Source of the DNA: Clostridia bacterium
Lineage (GTDB): Bacteria > Bacillota > Clostridia > Oscillospirales > Acutalibacteraceae
Direction: 5' to 3'
DNA length: 64,000 nt
NCBI GenBank assembly: GCA_017379935.1
Contig: JAFNVC010000025.1
Location: 44,217 to 108,216, forward strand
The notes under the pieces were generated by a model. It did not search any database, had not been told where the DNA came from, and saw nothing but the letters and a program-made list of their open reading frames with translations. This document shows, piece by piece, positions 35,755 through 45,916 of the stretch (its first letter is position 1; the number at the start of each line of letters is the position of its first letter). Made by a program: the position numbers and the translations under genes.

Positions 35755-36456
35755 ATGGCAACAGAAAAAATTCTTGTAGTTGACGACGATAATAACATCT
35801 GCGAATTGCTCCGCCTCTACCTCGAGAAGGAGGGCTATGCAGTAACTCTTGCACATACGGGAATGCAGGCCGTGCGCGTTTTTGCTGAGCAGCAGCCCGA
35901 CCTTATGCTTCTTGACATTATGCTTCCCGAGCTTGACGGCTGGCAGGTCTGCCGTGAAGTCAGAAAATATTCCAACAAGCCGATTATTATGCTCACAGCA
36001 AAGGGCGAAACCTTCGACAAGGTTCTCGGACTTGAGCTCGGCGCGGACGATTATATCACCAAGCCCTTCGAAGCAAAGGAGGTGCTTGCGAGAATCAAGG
36101 CGGTTCTCCGTCGTTTCTCGAACACCGCACAGACAGAGCTTGCGGAGGAGATCAAGCAGGTTTCCTACGACAATCTCACAATCAACCTTACCAACTACGA
36201 GCTGACAGTCAAGGGCAAGCGTGTTGACGCTCCGCCGAAGGAAATGGAGCTTCTCTACCACCTTGCAAGCAACCCGAACCGCGTTTACACCCGTGATCAG
36301 CTTCTTGACGAGGTGTGGGGCTTTGACTATTACGGTGACAGCCGTACGGTTGACGTTCATATCAAGAGAATCCGCGAAAAGCTCGAGGACGTCTCTGATA
36401 AATGGGAGCTCAAGACAGTATGGAGCGTCGGTTATAAATTTGAAACCAAGGACTGA
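35755..36456 (+). CDS. OmpR-family response regulator
   Basis: 233 aa with 'ILVVDDD', 'LMLLDIMLPELDG', 'MLTAKG' and the winged helix 'VWGFDYYGDSRTVDVHIKRIREKL'. Confidence 0.92.
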   Translation: MATEKILVVDDDNNICELLRLYLEKEGYAVTLAHTGMQAVRVFAEQQPDLMLLDIMLPELDGWQVCREVRKYSNKPIIMLTAKGETFDKVLGLELGADDYITKPFEAKEVLARIKAVLRRFSNTAQTELAEEIKQVSYDNLTINLTNYELTVKGKRVDAPPKEMELLYHLASNPNRVYTRDQLLDEVWGFDYYGDSRTVDVHIKRIREKLEDVSDKWELKTVWSVGYKFETKD

Positions 36457-36462
36457 TAGTCT

Positions 36463-37962
36463 ATGGGCAGAAACAAAGCAAAAAAAGGAACGAAGCTGTT
36501 CCGTAAATACCTGACGGTTATCACCTCAGTTATTCTCGCCAGTGTTATTCTTCTCTGCTCGGTTTACCTTTTTCTTGTAACAAGGCACTGGAATTCCGAA
36601 CAGATAAACACACTTCAGCACAATTCGAACATACTCGCACAGAATGCACAGGATCTGCTCAGTCACGCGAACGCTGACGGAAGCGGAGAGAAAACGGACA
36701 TCACGCCCCTGCTGATGATATGCAACACGATGCGGATTATGTCCGAGGCTATTGATGCCGATATTTTCATCACCGATATGAACGGTAAGGTTGTCGTTTG
36801 TAAGGATATGATGAATGACCGCTTTACATTCGAGGAAAACGCGCGGTGTATGCTTCACGACAGATACCATATCAGTGAAAGCATCATCACCGAGGCGGCA
36901 AAGGGCGGCTTTATTGACAATTCCAAGCTTGGCGGAACCTTTATGAACAGCCAGATAACCACCGCATCGCCGATCAAGGTCGGCGGGAAGCCCGTCGCAA
37001 TCGTCTTTGCGACCGAGCCGATAACAATAAGCTGGTACAGCTATGCAAAGCGGATTATGGAGGTCTTCCTCACCGCCGCAATGCTTGCTCTTGTCGTATC
37101 CTTCCTTATGGTATACTACCTTTCCTACCGCTTCACGCGGCCGCTTAAGGAAATGTCGCAGGCAGTAAGGCATTACGCGGAGGGTGATTTCAGCTTCAAG
37201 GTCAATGTGCGCGGTAACGACGAGGTTTCCGAGCTGGCGCAGGCATTTAACAGTATGGCGATGTCACTTTCCTCGCAGGAAAGCTCGAGACGAAGCTTCG
37301 TTGCCAATGTTTCACACGAGCTTAAAACGCCGATGACCTCTATCGGAGGCTTCATTGACGGTATTCTCGACGGCACAATCGGCGACGACAAGCGCGACTA
37401 CTATCTCCGCCTCGTCTCCGACGAGGTAAAGCGCCTTTCGCGTCTCGTGACGGGGATGCTGAATATGTCAAAGATCGAAGCGGGTGAAATGCAGATAAAC
37501 CTCAAGAGCTTCGACCTGAGCGCAGATATTTTCAAAACTCTTCTGAGCTTTGAAAGAAAAATAAACGAAAAGCAGATCGAAATCGTCGGTCTCGATGCAA
37601 TGCAGAGCATCACCCTGAACGCCGACGAGGATATGATAATGCAGGTTATCTACAACCTCATCGATAATGCGGTCAAATTTACGCCGCAGGGCGGATATAT
37701 ATTCATCAAGGATTACAAGGACAGCGAAAAAACCTTTGTCAGCATCCGTAACAGCGGTGACGGCATTGAAAAGGACGAGCTGCCGAAAATCTTTGAACGC
37801 TTTTACAAGGTTGACCGCTCGCGAAGCTACGACGTCAAGGGTGCAGGCCTCGGTCTCTTCCTTTGCAAGAGCATTATCGAGCTTCACGGCGGCGAAATCA
37901 GAGTAGACAGCAAGGTCGGGGAATACACCGAATTTGCTTTCTGGATTCCGAATAACATCTAA
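36463..37962 (+). CDS. sensor histidine kinase (2 TM, extracytoplasmic domain, HAMP, HisKA, HATPase)
   Basis: 499 aa. H-box 'FVANVSHELKTPMTSI', N-box 'YNLIDNAVKF', G-boxes 'RNSGDGI' and 'GAGLGLFLCKSI'. Confidence 0.92.
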   Translation: MGRNKAKKGTKLFRKYLTVITSVILASVILLCSVYLFLVTRHWNSEQINTLQHNSNILAQNAQDLLSHANADGSGEKTDITPLLMICNTMRIMSEAIDADIFITDMNGKVVVCKDMMNDRFTFEENARCMLHDRYHISESIITEAAKGGFIDNSKLGGTFMNSQITTASPIKVGGKPVAIVFATEPITISWYSYAKRIMEVFLTAAMLALVVSFLMVYYLSYRFTRPLKEMSQAVRHYAEGDFSFKVNVRGNDEVSELAQAFNSMAMSLSSQESSRRSFVANVSHELKTPMTSIGGFIDGILDGTIGDDKRDYYLRLVSDEVKRLSRLVTGMLNMSKIEAGEMQINLKSFDLSADIFKTLLSFERKINEKQIEIVGLDAMQSITLNADEDMIMQVIYNLIDNAVKFTPQGGYIFIKDYKDSEKTFVSIRNSGDGIEKDELPKIFERFYKVDRSRSYDVKGAGLGLFLCKSIIELHGGEIRVDSKVGEYTEFAFWIPNNI

Positions 37963-37985
37963 ACCTCATAAAAGGAGCAAGCTAT

Positions 37986-39446
37986 ATGAACGACAATGAA
38001 AAAAACTGGGATACACCCGAAAATCAGAACACGGAAAACGGATATTCCTCCGCAAGCTATTCTGATTTCGGCAAATACAGAGACCCTGTTGATGATACCC
38101 CGAAGGCAGATGCAGAGCCTGCATACAGCCCTTATTCCAATCAGAGCTATTCCCAGCCGAATTATTATACGAACGCTCAGAGCTTTGACAGCCGATCCGA
38201 GCAGAAGAAAAAGAACAAGGGCTTCAAGGGCTTCCTGATTGCGGTTGTTGCTGTTGTCCTTTGTGTCGGCATTCTTCTTGCCGTTTATCCCCGCCTTTCC
38301 TCCGGCGATGTCAGTAACACTCCGCCGAAGGGCGATGATACTCAGCTGAGCATCAGCAATACTCCGTCAGCCGACAAAAGCTCTGACAGCCTGAACACAA
38401 TCCAGATTGCAGAAAATGCGGAGAAAATCAACGTCGGTATTCTTATCTACGGTAAGGTTCAGTCCTTCCTTTCCAACGCCTCCAGCTCTCTTGTCGGAGA
38501 GGGATCGGGCATCCTTATGGGCGAGGACAAGAGCGGTAAATATACCTACATCCTCACCTGCGCCCATGTTATCAGTGAGGCAGCAAAGGACGGATATACA
38601 ATAACCGTTCAGGATGCTGACGGCAACACCTACGACGGAAATATGGTCGGATTTGATGTTAAGACTGACCTCGGCGTTATCAAAATCGCAAAAACAGGCT
38701 TGCCGAAGGCTGAATTCGGCGACTCCTCACAGCTTCGCAAGGGACAGAAGGTCTATGCAATCGGCAACCCCGGCGGTATGGAATTTTTCGGCTCCTTCAC
38801 GGACGGTATGGTTTCTTCAATTGACCGTCCCATCAGCAGTGAGAGCGGATACGAAATGAACTGTATCCAGCATACGACACCCATCAACTCAGGCAACTCG
38901 GGCGGCGCGCTGCTTAACGAGTACGGTCAGGTTATCGGCATCAACTCCTCAAAGATTGTCAGCACCGGCTACGAGGGTATGGCTTTCGCTATTCCCATCA
39001 GCGATGCAAAGCCGATTATCGATGACATCATCGCAAACGGCTATGTAACAAACAGACCGAAGCTCGGCATCACATATTCGTCGGCAATGGAGTTCCAGCA
39101 GTTCGCAATGCTCATAAAATATGAGAATCTGCCGACAGGCTCGCTCATCATCCGCGAGATTTCTCCCGACAGCTCACTCGCAAAAACCGAGGCTGAGGTA
39201 TATGACCTTATCGTTGCTGTCAACGGCGAAAAGCTCGACACGGCAGATGTACTCCTTGAAAAAATCGAAAACGGTAATGTCGGTGACAAGCTGACACTCA
39301 CTCTTTGCAGAATAGTTGACGATAAATACAACATCAAGGAATTCACAGTAACCGCAACCCTCGTAGAGGATACGGGAACGGGCACTGAGACTCAGGAGCA
39401 GCAGACACAGAACTACTGGGAGCAGTATTTTAACAACGGCTTCTGA
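37986..39446 (+). CDS. htrA: HtrA/DegP-family serine protease with PDZ domain, membrane anchored
   Basis: 486 aa. Disordered N-terminus plus a TM. Catalytic 'TCAHV', 'DLGVIKI', 'GNSGGALLN', and a C-terminal PDZ. Confidence 0.88.
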   Translation: MNDNEKNWDTPENQNTENGYSSASYSDFGKYRDPVDDTPKADAEPAYSPYSNQSYSQPNYYTNAQSFDSRSEQKKKNKGFKGFLIAVVAVVLCVGILLAVYPRLSSGDVSNTPPKGDDTQLSISNTPSADKSSDSLNTIQIAENAEKINVGILIYGKVQSFLSNASSSLVGEGSGILMGEDKSGKYTYILTCAHVISEAAKDGYTITVQDADGNTYDGNMVGFDVKTDLGVIKIAKTGLPKAEFGDSSQLRKGQKVYAIGNPGGMEFFGSFTDGMVSSIDRPISSESGYEMNCIQHTTPINSGNSGGALLNEYGQVIGINSSKIVSTGYEGMAFAIPISDAKPIIDDIIANGYVTNRPKLGITYSSAMEFQQFAMLIKYENLPTGSLIIREISPDSSLAKTEAEVYDLIVAVNGEKLDTADVLLEKIENGNVGDKLTLTLCRIVDDKYNIKEFTVTATLVEDTGTGTETQEQQTQNYWEQYFNNGF

Positions 39447-39501
39447 AAATAAATTCAAGCACCTGCCTTTCGGCGGGTGCTTTGCAAATGAGGAATAAAA
39501 A

Positions 39502-40455
39502 ATGATTGATATCATATCTCTCGGTGAAATTCTGATAGACTTCACCTCGCAGGGCAAAAACGGGCAGGGACAGCGTCTTTTCGCGCAGAATGCGGGCGGT
39601 GCGCCTGCAAACGTGGCGGTTGCCGTTGCAAGGCTCGGCGGGAAATCCGCATTCATCGGCAAGGCGGGCAACGATATGCACGGCAGCTTCCTTAAGGAAA
39701 CGCTCGAAAACGGCGGTGTCGATTGCACCTCACTCATTCTTGACGGAAATTATTTCACAACTCTCGCCTTTGTTGACCTTAAGGAAGACGGAGAAAGAGA
39801 ATTTTCCTTTGCGCGCAAGCACGGCGCGGATAAAATGCTGACAACGGAAGATATCCCCTGCGATATGCTCGAAAAAGGAAAAATATTCCATTTCGGCTCG
39901 GTATCGCTGACCGATGAGCCTTCGCGCCCGGCAACGCTTTACGCCGCCGAAAAAGCACGCGCGCTCGGGCTGACGGTTGCCTATGACCCGAATTACAGAG
40001 CATCCCTCTGGGAAAACGAAGAAAAAGCAATAAAAGAGATGCGAAACGGCGCAAGGCTCGCGGATTTAATTAAAATCTCCGACGAGGAGACCGCACTACT
40101 GACGGGCGAAGCCGACTGCGAAAAAGCGGCAGAAAAGCTGATTGAAGGCGGCGCAAAAATCGCCGTTGTAACTCTCGGTAAGGACGGCGCTTACGTCCGC
40201 ACAAAAGACGGCGGAGACTATGTAAAGGGCTTCGAGGTAAACGCCGTTGACTGCACGGGCGCAGGCGATGCCTTCTGGGGCGGATTTCTGCTCAAATTTG
40301 CTCAATGCGGTAAAAACACAGACGAAATCACGCTCGAAGAGGCAAAGACCTTTGCGCGCTTCGGCAACGCGGTCGCAAGCCTCTGCGTTGAAAAGCACGG
40401 CGCAATCCCCTCCCTGCCCGATTTGGGTGCGGTTGAAGAAAGATTAAACAGATGA
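39502..40455 (+). CDS. PfkB-family carbohydrate kinase (fructokinase-like)
   Basis: 317 aa with 'GGAPANVAVAVARLGG', 'DPNYR' and the signature 'TGAGDAFWGGF'. Confidence 0.8.
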   Translation: MIDIISLGEILIDFTSQGKNGQGQRLFAQNAGGAPANVAVAVARLGGKSAFIGKAGNDMHGSFLKETLENGGVDCTSLILDGNYFTTLAFVDLKEDGEREFSFARKHGADKMLTTEDIPCDMLEKGKIFHFGSVSLTDEPSRPATLYAAEKARALGLTVAYDPNYRASLWENEEKAIKEMRNGARLADLIKISDEETALLTGEADCEKAAEKLIEGGAKIAVVTLGKDGAYVRTKDGGDYVKGFEVNAVDCTGAGDAFWGGFLLKFAQCGKNTDEITLEEAKTFARFGNAVASLCVEKHGAIPSLPDLGAVEERLNR

Positions 40456-40500
40456 CAAAAACCCTGCTTACATCACTCGATGCAAGCAGGGTTGATTTTT
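40455..40500. terminator. bidirectional terminator
   Basis: ACCCTGCTTACAT...ATGCAAGCAGGGT stem, flanked by CAAAAA on the left and GATTTTTTAT on the right. Confidence 0.8.
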
Positions 40501-42911
40501 TATTTGTTCAGCACGGGCAAGCCGTTCTCGTCCCATTCGACGGGGCGGAATCTTGTGCTGCGGCACGGGTCATAGAGGGAATCCTCGTGAGAATATCCGC
40601 ATCTGCCCTTGTAGCAATCCTTGCCTCTTGAATGGTAAACGAACAGCCAGTTTCCGCATTCGTCCTTGACGAACGAGTTGTGGCCGGGGCCGTATTCCTG
40701 ATAAAGATCGTCCGATGTGAGAACCGGCTTTTCAAGCTTCGTCCAGCTTTCGGGCTTTGTAAGGTCGGCATTTTCGTCAGCATACATAAGACCTACGCAG
40801 TATTCGGGACCCGTTGCGGATGCAGAGAATGTAAGGAACACCCTTCCGTCAGCCTTGAGAACGGCGGGACCCTCGTTGACGGGAATATTCACTCTTTCCC
40901 AATCGTATTCGGGCTTTGTCAGAAGCACCGCAGGACAGGTCGTCTTCCACGGCTCGGCGGGGTCAACCGTCGCGATGTAGACGTTGGAGTTGACGTCATT
41001 CTGCGCCCACGAGACGTAGGATTTTCCGCCCGCCTCAAAATACGTCATATCGAGCGAGAACCAGCGGAAGGAGAAATTGTCACCCTCGCACGCCTGGAAG
41101 GTACCCTTATCAACCCACTTGTCTGTATAAGGATCGTCACCCTCGCAGGCGATAACGTGACAGCGGATATCCCAGACGTTATCCGCGCTGTTGCTCGCCG
41201 CAAAATAAACATACCACTTGCCGCCGATTTCGTGAATCTCGGGTGCCCAGATGTAGCGGTGTGCCGTCGGATTGTCCTTCTCGTCCCAGATTACGATTTC
41301 CTCTGCCGTTCTGAGATCCCACACCGTTCTTGCACGGCGGAGGATAATTCGGTCGTAGCCCTCGGGGTCAGCACCGCCGTACATCGGATACGATGCCGTG
41401 AAATAATACCAGCCGTCGCTTCCCTTTGTTATATACGGGTCTGCACGGTCAGCGATGAAAACATCGGTCTCGTTCTTTTTAAGAATGCCGCCGTTATCCT
41501 TGAAATCCTGAATATCCTTTACAAGATAATCAATCTTCGCGTAAATCCAGCCGATAACCTCAACAACCTTATAGAGAAGTCTCTTGAGCACGTTACTGAA
41601 GGACTTTTCATTATATTCCTCATTATGAATAATCGTGATTGTATCGAGAAGCTCGCTGTTGTCGCCTCTGCGGGTTTCAAGAATCATCTTGTCGCCGTCA
41701 AACTCGAGGGTCGAATATGTCGTAACGTCGTTTTCGAGGAAGCTGTAAGCGAGGTGGTCTGCCTCGTAGCTCTCGTTCGTCGGTCTGCCGCAGACCGAGT
41801 TGGAATTAAGATAAACAACGCCCTTCGGGTTCGTGAAAACTCCGCCGCTTTCAGCAGTCTGAACTACCTTTGTATCGCTCATAAAATGCGAGCGTCCCTG
41901 CGAATGAGTGTGTCCCGTGATAACAAGGTCAAGGTCGAAGGACTCAAAAATCGGGGCGAAAATTGTTTTGAGGAGGATCTCCGTCTCCATATCGCCGATT
42001 GAGTCACCCGCACCGTAGATGCCGTGGTGAATAACGCCTATACGCCATTTAGCATCCTGATTTTGCTCTACCGCCTCTTTCGTCATCGCTCTGTGGTCGG
42101 GTGCGTTACCCGAGGTTGAGTTGTAGAAAAGATAAAGCACATCACCGTAGCGGAACCAGAAATCGCGGTCAAGGCGCTCGAAATTCTTTCCGTAATATTC
42201 GTTGGGCATATTGGTGTAATATTCATACATCATACCCTTTTTATCGTGGTTGCCGATTGCCATTGCCATCGGAAGTGAGCGCATTGCCTCGGGCATAAGA
42301 ACAGTCTGCCATTCTGCCGCCGATGAGCCCGTCGAGGTGTTGTCACCGGGCGTTACAAGATAACTGATGTCAGGATTCTTTGCAAGTGCTTCCGCAAGGA
42401 TATTGTTCCAGCTGCGTCCGTCGTACTCCTGAGACGCACTGTCTACCCAATCCTCAGAAATCTGAATATCGCCGACAATCATCGCCTTATGTCTGCCGAA
42501 GGACTTTGTTTTGTATTCCTCAACAGCGCTCCAACCGTCTCCGAGATGCCAACGGTAATAATATGTTATATTTTCTTCAAGTCCCGTCAGCGTTACACGG
42601 CAGACGCGCTGAAATCCCGTTTCCGCGGGTGTAACCTCGCCCTCGAAAACAGTTGACTCTGTCATATCGGCATTCTTTGAAAGCTCGACCTTTGCCACCG
42701 CCTTCGATTTATCCGCATGCCAGCAGAGGCTGACCTGAGTTTCGTCCGCACCGACGTTGAGTGTCGGAAGCGTGTTGTCATAACGGTAATTTTCGTAAAC
42801 CGTATTCCATTCTTTTTCTGAAAGCTTCGGCGCATCAAAGGCTGCCGATGAATTAACACTAAGTTGCATAAGCATCATTACGCTCATAAAAACAGCAATA
42901 ACCCTTTTCAT
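40500..42911 (-). CDS. secreted fusion protein: purple-acid-phosphatase-like metallophosphoesterase (N) plus GH43 glycoside hydrolase (C)
   Basis: 803 aa with a signal peptide. The FN3-like region is followed by MPE motifs 'VGDIQ', 'PGDN', 'GNHD', 'VIHH', 'GHTH' (residues about 25-430). Residues about 485-803 carry 'RADPYITKG...YYFTAS', 'WAPEIHEIGGKWYVYFAAS', 'NEGPAVL' (GH43 beta-propeller). Confidence 0.75.
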   Translation of the reverse strand: MKRVIAVFMSVMMLMQLSVNSSAAFDAPKLSEKEWNTVYENYRYDNTLPTLNVGADETQVSLCWHADKSKAVAKVELSKNADMTESTVFEGEVTPAETGFQRVCRVTLTGLEENITYYYRWHLGDGWSAVEEYKTKSFGRHKAMIVGDIQISEDWVDSASQEYDGRSWNNILAEALAKNPDISYLVTPGDNTSTGSSAAEWQTVLMPEAMRSLPMAMAIGNHDKKGMMYEYYTNMPNEYYGKNFERLDRDFWFRYGDVLYLFYNSTSGNAPDHRAMTKEAVEQNQDAKWRIGVIHHGIYGAGDSIGDMETEILLKTIFAPIFESFDLDLVITGHTHSQGRSHFMSDTKVVQTAESGGVFTNPKGVVYLNSNSVCGRPTNESYEADHLAYSFLENDVTTYSTLEFDGDKMILETRRGDNSELLDTITIIHNEEYNEKSFSNVLKRLLYKVVEVIGWIYAKIDYLVKDIQDFKDNGGILKKNETDVFIADRADPYITKGSDGWYYFTASYPMYGGADPEGYDRIILRRARTVWDLRTAEEIVIWDEKDNPTAHRYIWAPEIHEIGGKWYVYFAASNSADNVWDIRCHVIACEGDDPYTDKWVDKGTFQACEGDNFSFRWFSLDMTYFEAGGKSYVSWAQNDVNSNVYIATVDPAEPWKTTCPAVLLTKPEYDWERVNIPVNEGPAVLKADGRVFLTFSASATGPEYCVGLMYADENADLTKPESWTKLEKPVLTSDDLYQEYGPGHNSFVKDECGNWLFVYHSRGKDCYKGRCGYSHEDSLYDPCRSTRFRPVEWDENGLPVLNK

Positions 42912-43007
42912 GATTTCCTCCTGTTAAAGTTATAATTATGTATTATACCAAAAATTCACATTGATGTAAACTAAAATCTGTCGTTTTTTTATATATTCCA
43001 TTCCGTA

Positions 43008-43036
43008 TTGATTTAAATTCTTACATCTGCTATAAT
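43008..43036 (+). promoter_or_regulatory. SigA-type promoter (TTGATT-17-TATAAT)
   Basis: -35 at 43008-43013, -10 at 43031-43036. This excludes the ORF-track start at 43037. Confidence 0.6.
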
Positions 43037-43066
43037 TTGTTAAGTACTTTTAACGGAGGGTTTCTA

Positions 43067-45130
43067 ATGAAGGTTATAATTTCACTCGTTCAGGCTTTTT
43101 TGCTTGTGTTTTCATCCCTTGCTGTTTCGGACTCCGATTTCAAGCTTCTTGTTGACCGTGCCGCTATGGGACTCGGTGCGACGTCAGATATTACCTTCGA
43201 GGCAATGAGTGCCGATAAATATAACGTTTCTGACGATGAAAGAGAGACTTGCCGTGATTGGTATGAGGAAAACATCCTCACAGCCGTGGCTCCCGCATAT
43301 AACTTCAGCGTCGGCACAAAGGATTTGCAGAGCTGTATCGACGACTGGTCATTTGATATCGGCAAGGAAAGTACCGAGAGCGCCGTTTACCGCGGAGGAA
43401 AGACAACCTATATCACTCTGACACATAAAAAGAGCGACCTCATCGCAACGGTTGAGGCTACAATCTACGAAAAGCACGCCACCTGTGACTGGACGGTATT
43501 CATTAAAAACACAGGCGACGGAAATTCGCCGAAAATTTCAGATTTTCTTGCCGCTGACTGTTCTCTCCCGACAGGAAAAAATGCCGATGTTTATTTCAGT
43601 AAGGGCAGTAACCCTGCGAACGATGATTTCGAGCTTCTCACCGCTCCCGTCAGCCTTACTCAGATGAAGTTCAGCGCTAACGGAGGCAGAACAGAATCCT
43701 TCCTTCCGTATTTCAATCTTATCGGTGACAACGGTGGTGTTGTTCTTGCAACAGGCTGGTCAGGACAGTGGTTCACCTCTCTTCAGCAGAAGGGCGAAGG
43801 CGTTAAAATCAAGGTTAAGCAGGAAAAGCTCAAGGGAAGCCTCAAGCCCGACGAAAGCATCCGCTCACCGCTCGTCAGCCTTTCCTTCTATAACACCGAC
43901 AACGCTCTCAAGGGCTTCAACACATACCGTAACTTTACGATTGACTGTGTTTACCCCGAGGGTACAAAACAGATTACAACATCGGGTGTCGGCGTAGAGT
44001 TCCCCGAATCGACAATCGACAGTCTTGTTGCCAATATTGAATCCATCCCCGATTGGTTTGCTGAAGCAGTTGACTACTACTGGGTCGATGCGGGCTGGTA
44101 TGAGATTAAAAACGACTGGGGCGACAGCGTAGGCAGCTGGTATGTTGACCCCAAAAAGTTTGACCGCCCGTTCAAGGAGGTTTCTGATGCCGCACACGAA
44201 AAAGGCATCGGCTGGCTTCTCTGGCACGAGCCTGAGCGCGCAGCAGAGGGAACCGAGGTTTACAACGAATGCATAAAGCATGACGGCTGGCTTGTTCTTA
44301 ACAAAAAGGACACCTCGCGCAATCAGGTCAACCTCGCAAACGAGGAATGCCTCGAATACATTACCGGCATTATGCAGCGTTCTATAACGGAAAACGGTGT
44401 AGACTATCTGAGAATTGACTCAATCCCCACCCCCGGTCCTTTCTGGGATGAGGCCGATAAGCTTTGGGAAAAGGGCAGAAAGGGCTTTACGGAAAATCAT
44501 TATGTCACTAATTTTTACCGTATGCTCGACACGCTGACCGAAAACAACGAGGGTCTGCTGATTGACAACTGCTGCTCGGGCGGAAAGAGACTCGATATCG
44601 AAATGTCCCGCAGAAGCATACCTCTCTGGAGAACCGACTACAACTGTATGGACGGCGAGGGTAAATCGAAGCCCGATATTCTCGAGGCAACTCAGGCGCA
44701 GACCTACGGCATTTCCTTCTGGCTTCCGTATAACGGCACCTGTGCTTACATCGAGGGCGAATATGCCGACAGAACAAACATCATCTCATGCTCGCAGAGG
44801 CTCGGCTATCAGGACGTCCGTCCGTATATGATCGGCAACTATTACCCCCTCACCTACGGCGGTCTTGACACCTCAAGATACCTTGCAATGCAGTTTGACA
44901 AGGATGCAACTGAGGGTACGGCACTTATCTACAAGCGCGAAAACGTGACGGATAACAAATATACACTCCGTCTTAACGGTCTCGACCCCGATAAGAACTA
45001 CGAGATTTCCGACTACGATAATCCCGAAGCAAAAATCATCCTTACGGGCGAAAAGCTGATGAGTGACGGTTATACAATCACAATCAACAAAACGCCGAAG
45101 GCAGTTATTATGCTTTACAAGGCTGTATAA
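43067..45130 (+). CDS. secreted GH36-like (clan GH-D) alpha-galactosidase-type glycoside hydrolase
   Basis: 687 aa from the ATG at 43067 (RBS ACGGAGGG). Signal peptide 'MKVIISLVQAFLLVFSSLAVS'. 'YWVDAGWY', 'DYLRIDS', 'CCSGGKRLD' resemble the GH36 'DDGWF / KWD / SGGGR.D' motifs. The family assignment is tentative. Confidence 0.55.
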   Translation: MKVIISLVQAFLLVFSSLAVSDSDFKLLVDRAAMGLGATSDITFEAMSADKYNVSDDERETCRDWYEENILTAVAPAYNFSVGTKDLQSCIDDWSFDIGKESTESAVYRGGKTTYITLTHKKSDLIATVEATIYEKHATCDWTVFIKNTGDGNSPKISDFLAADCSLPTGKNADVYFSKGSNPANDDFELLTAPVSLTQMKFSANGGRTESFLPYFNLIGDNGGVVLATGWSGQWFTSLQQKGEGVKIKVKQEKLKGSLKPDESIRSPLVSLSFYNTDNALKGFNTYRNFTIDCVYPEGTKQITTSGVGVEFPESTIDSLVANIESIPDWFAEAVDYYWVDAGWYEIKNDWGDSVGSWYVDPKKFDRPFKEVSDAAHEKGIGWLLWHEPERAAEGTEVYNECIKHDGWLVLNKKDTSRNQVNLANEECLEYITGIMQRSITENGVDYLRIDSIPTPGPFWDEADKLWEKGRKGFTENHYVTNFYRMLDTLTENNEGLLIDNCCSGGKRLDIEMSRRSIPLWRTDYNCMDGEGKSKPDILEATQAQTYGISFWLPYNGTCAYIEGEYADRTNIISCSQRLGYQDVRPYMIGNYYPLTYGGLDTSRYLAMQFDKDATEGTALIYKRENVTDNKYTLRLNGLDPDKNYEISDYDNPEAKIILTGEKLMSDGYTITINKTPKAVIMLYKAV

Positions 45131-45136
45131 AAAATT

Positions 45137-45170
45137 AACGCTGTTTCCGAACCGAAACAGCGTTTTTTAT
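45137..45170. terminator. bidirectional terminator
   Basis: AACGCTGTTTC-CGAACC-GAAACAGCGTT with AAAAAATT on the left and TTTTATTATT on the right. Confidence 0.85.
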
Positions 45171-45916
45171 TATTCTGCAAGCTCTTTTTCTATTAAATCC
45201 GTAACCTCGGGAACGATAAAATCGGCAAGCGCCTTTATCTCTTCAACGCCCGTTTCCATCGCATAGGAACGGAATTCGGCAATCATATCACGGTCATTGA
45301 TATTGTCGCCGACGGCTATGATATCCTCATATTTTGCACCGACAATATCCATCAGTATGTAAAGCCCTTTCGCCTTGTTCATATCAACGCGGATAATATC
45401 GAGACATTCGCCGTTCTGCAAGGGATTAAGCTCCTTGCAGAAAGTCTCACGGACACTTGCCGTAACCCCCGCCGACTCTTCAAAGGTGGGAAGCTGGGTG
45501 TTAATCTGAGTAAAATACGGGATTTCGGGCATCGTTTCAAGCGTATAATGCCACGGCTCGGTACAATCCTTTTCATCGAGAAAAACACGGCATTCAAAGG
45601 CTGTCTGCACGTGCGCCCAGGTGCATCCGACCGAAAAAAGATGCTCAAGAAGCGGAACGGCAAGCGAAGCATCGCACCGCGCCTCAAAAGCCGACACTCC
45701 GTCAGGCTTTAAAATCACCGCACCATTATTGGCGATAAGATAATCACAGCCGAACTGCTGTTCCTCGCGCAAGCAGAGAACTCCGTCGGGGCCTCTTCCG
45801 CTGACGAGCACAAAAAGATTGCCTGCATCACGCCATTTTTTGATTGCGTTTCTCTTTTTATCATCTATTCCGCCGTGATTGAGCGTTCCGTCGTAATCAC
45901 TGCCTATAATTTTCAT
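45170..45916 (-). CDS. HAD-IIB (Cof-type) phosphatase
   Basis: 248 aa from the ATG at 45916 (RBS TAGGAGAGG, ATGA overlap with the upstream gene). Motif I 'IGSDYDGTL', motif IV 'GDNINDRDM'. Confidence 0.8.
   Translation of the reverse strand: MKIIGSDYDGTLNHGGIDDKKRNAIKKWRDAGNLFVLVSGRGPDGVLCLREEQQFGCDYLIANNGAVILKPDGVSAFEARCDASLAVPLLEHLFSVGCTWAHVQTAFECRVFLDEKDCTEPWHYTLETMPEIPYFTQINTQLPTFEESAGVTASVRETFCKELNPLQNGECLDIIRVDMNKAKGLYILMDIVGAKYEDIIAVGDNINDRDMIAEFRSYAMETGVEEIKALADFIVPEVTDLIEKELAE

Noticed and set aside
40632-42002. 456-aa ORF on the plus strand
   Set aside because: It lies entirely antisense to the MPE-GH43 gene, which has clear catalytic motifs. It has no RBS or promoter, and its translation is Arg/Val/Cys-rich with no motifs. 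This is the typical same-register shadow ORF that arises when the sense gene avoids TTA/CTA/TCA codons.
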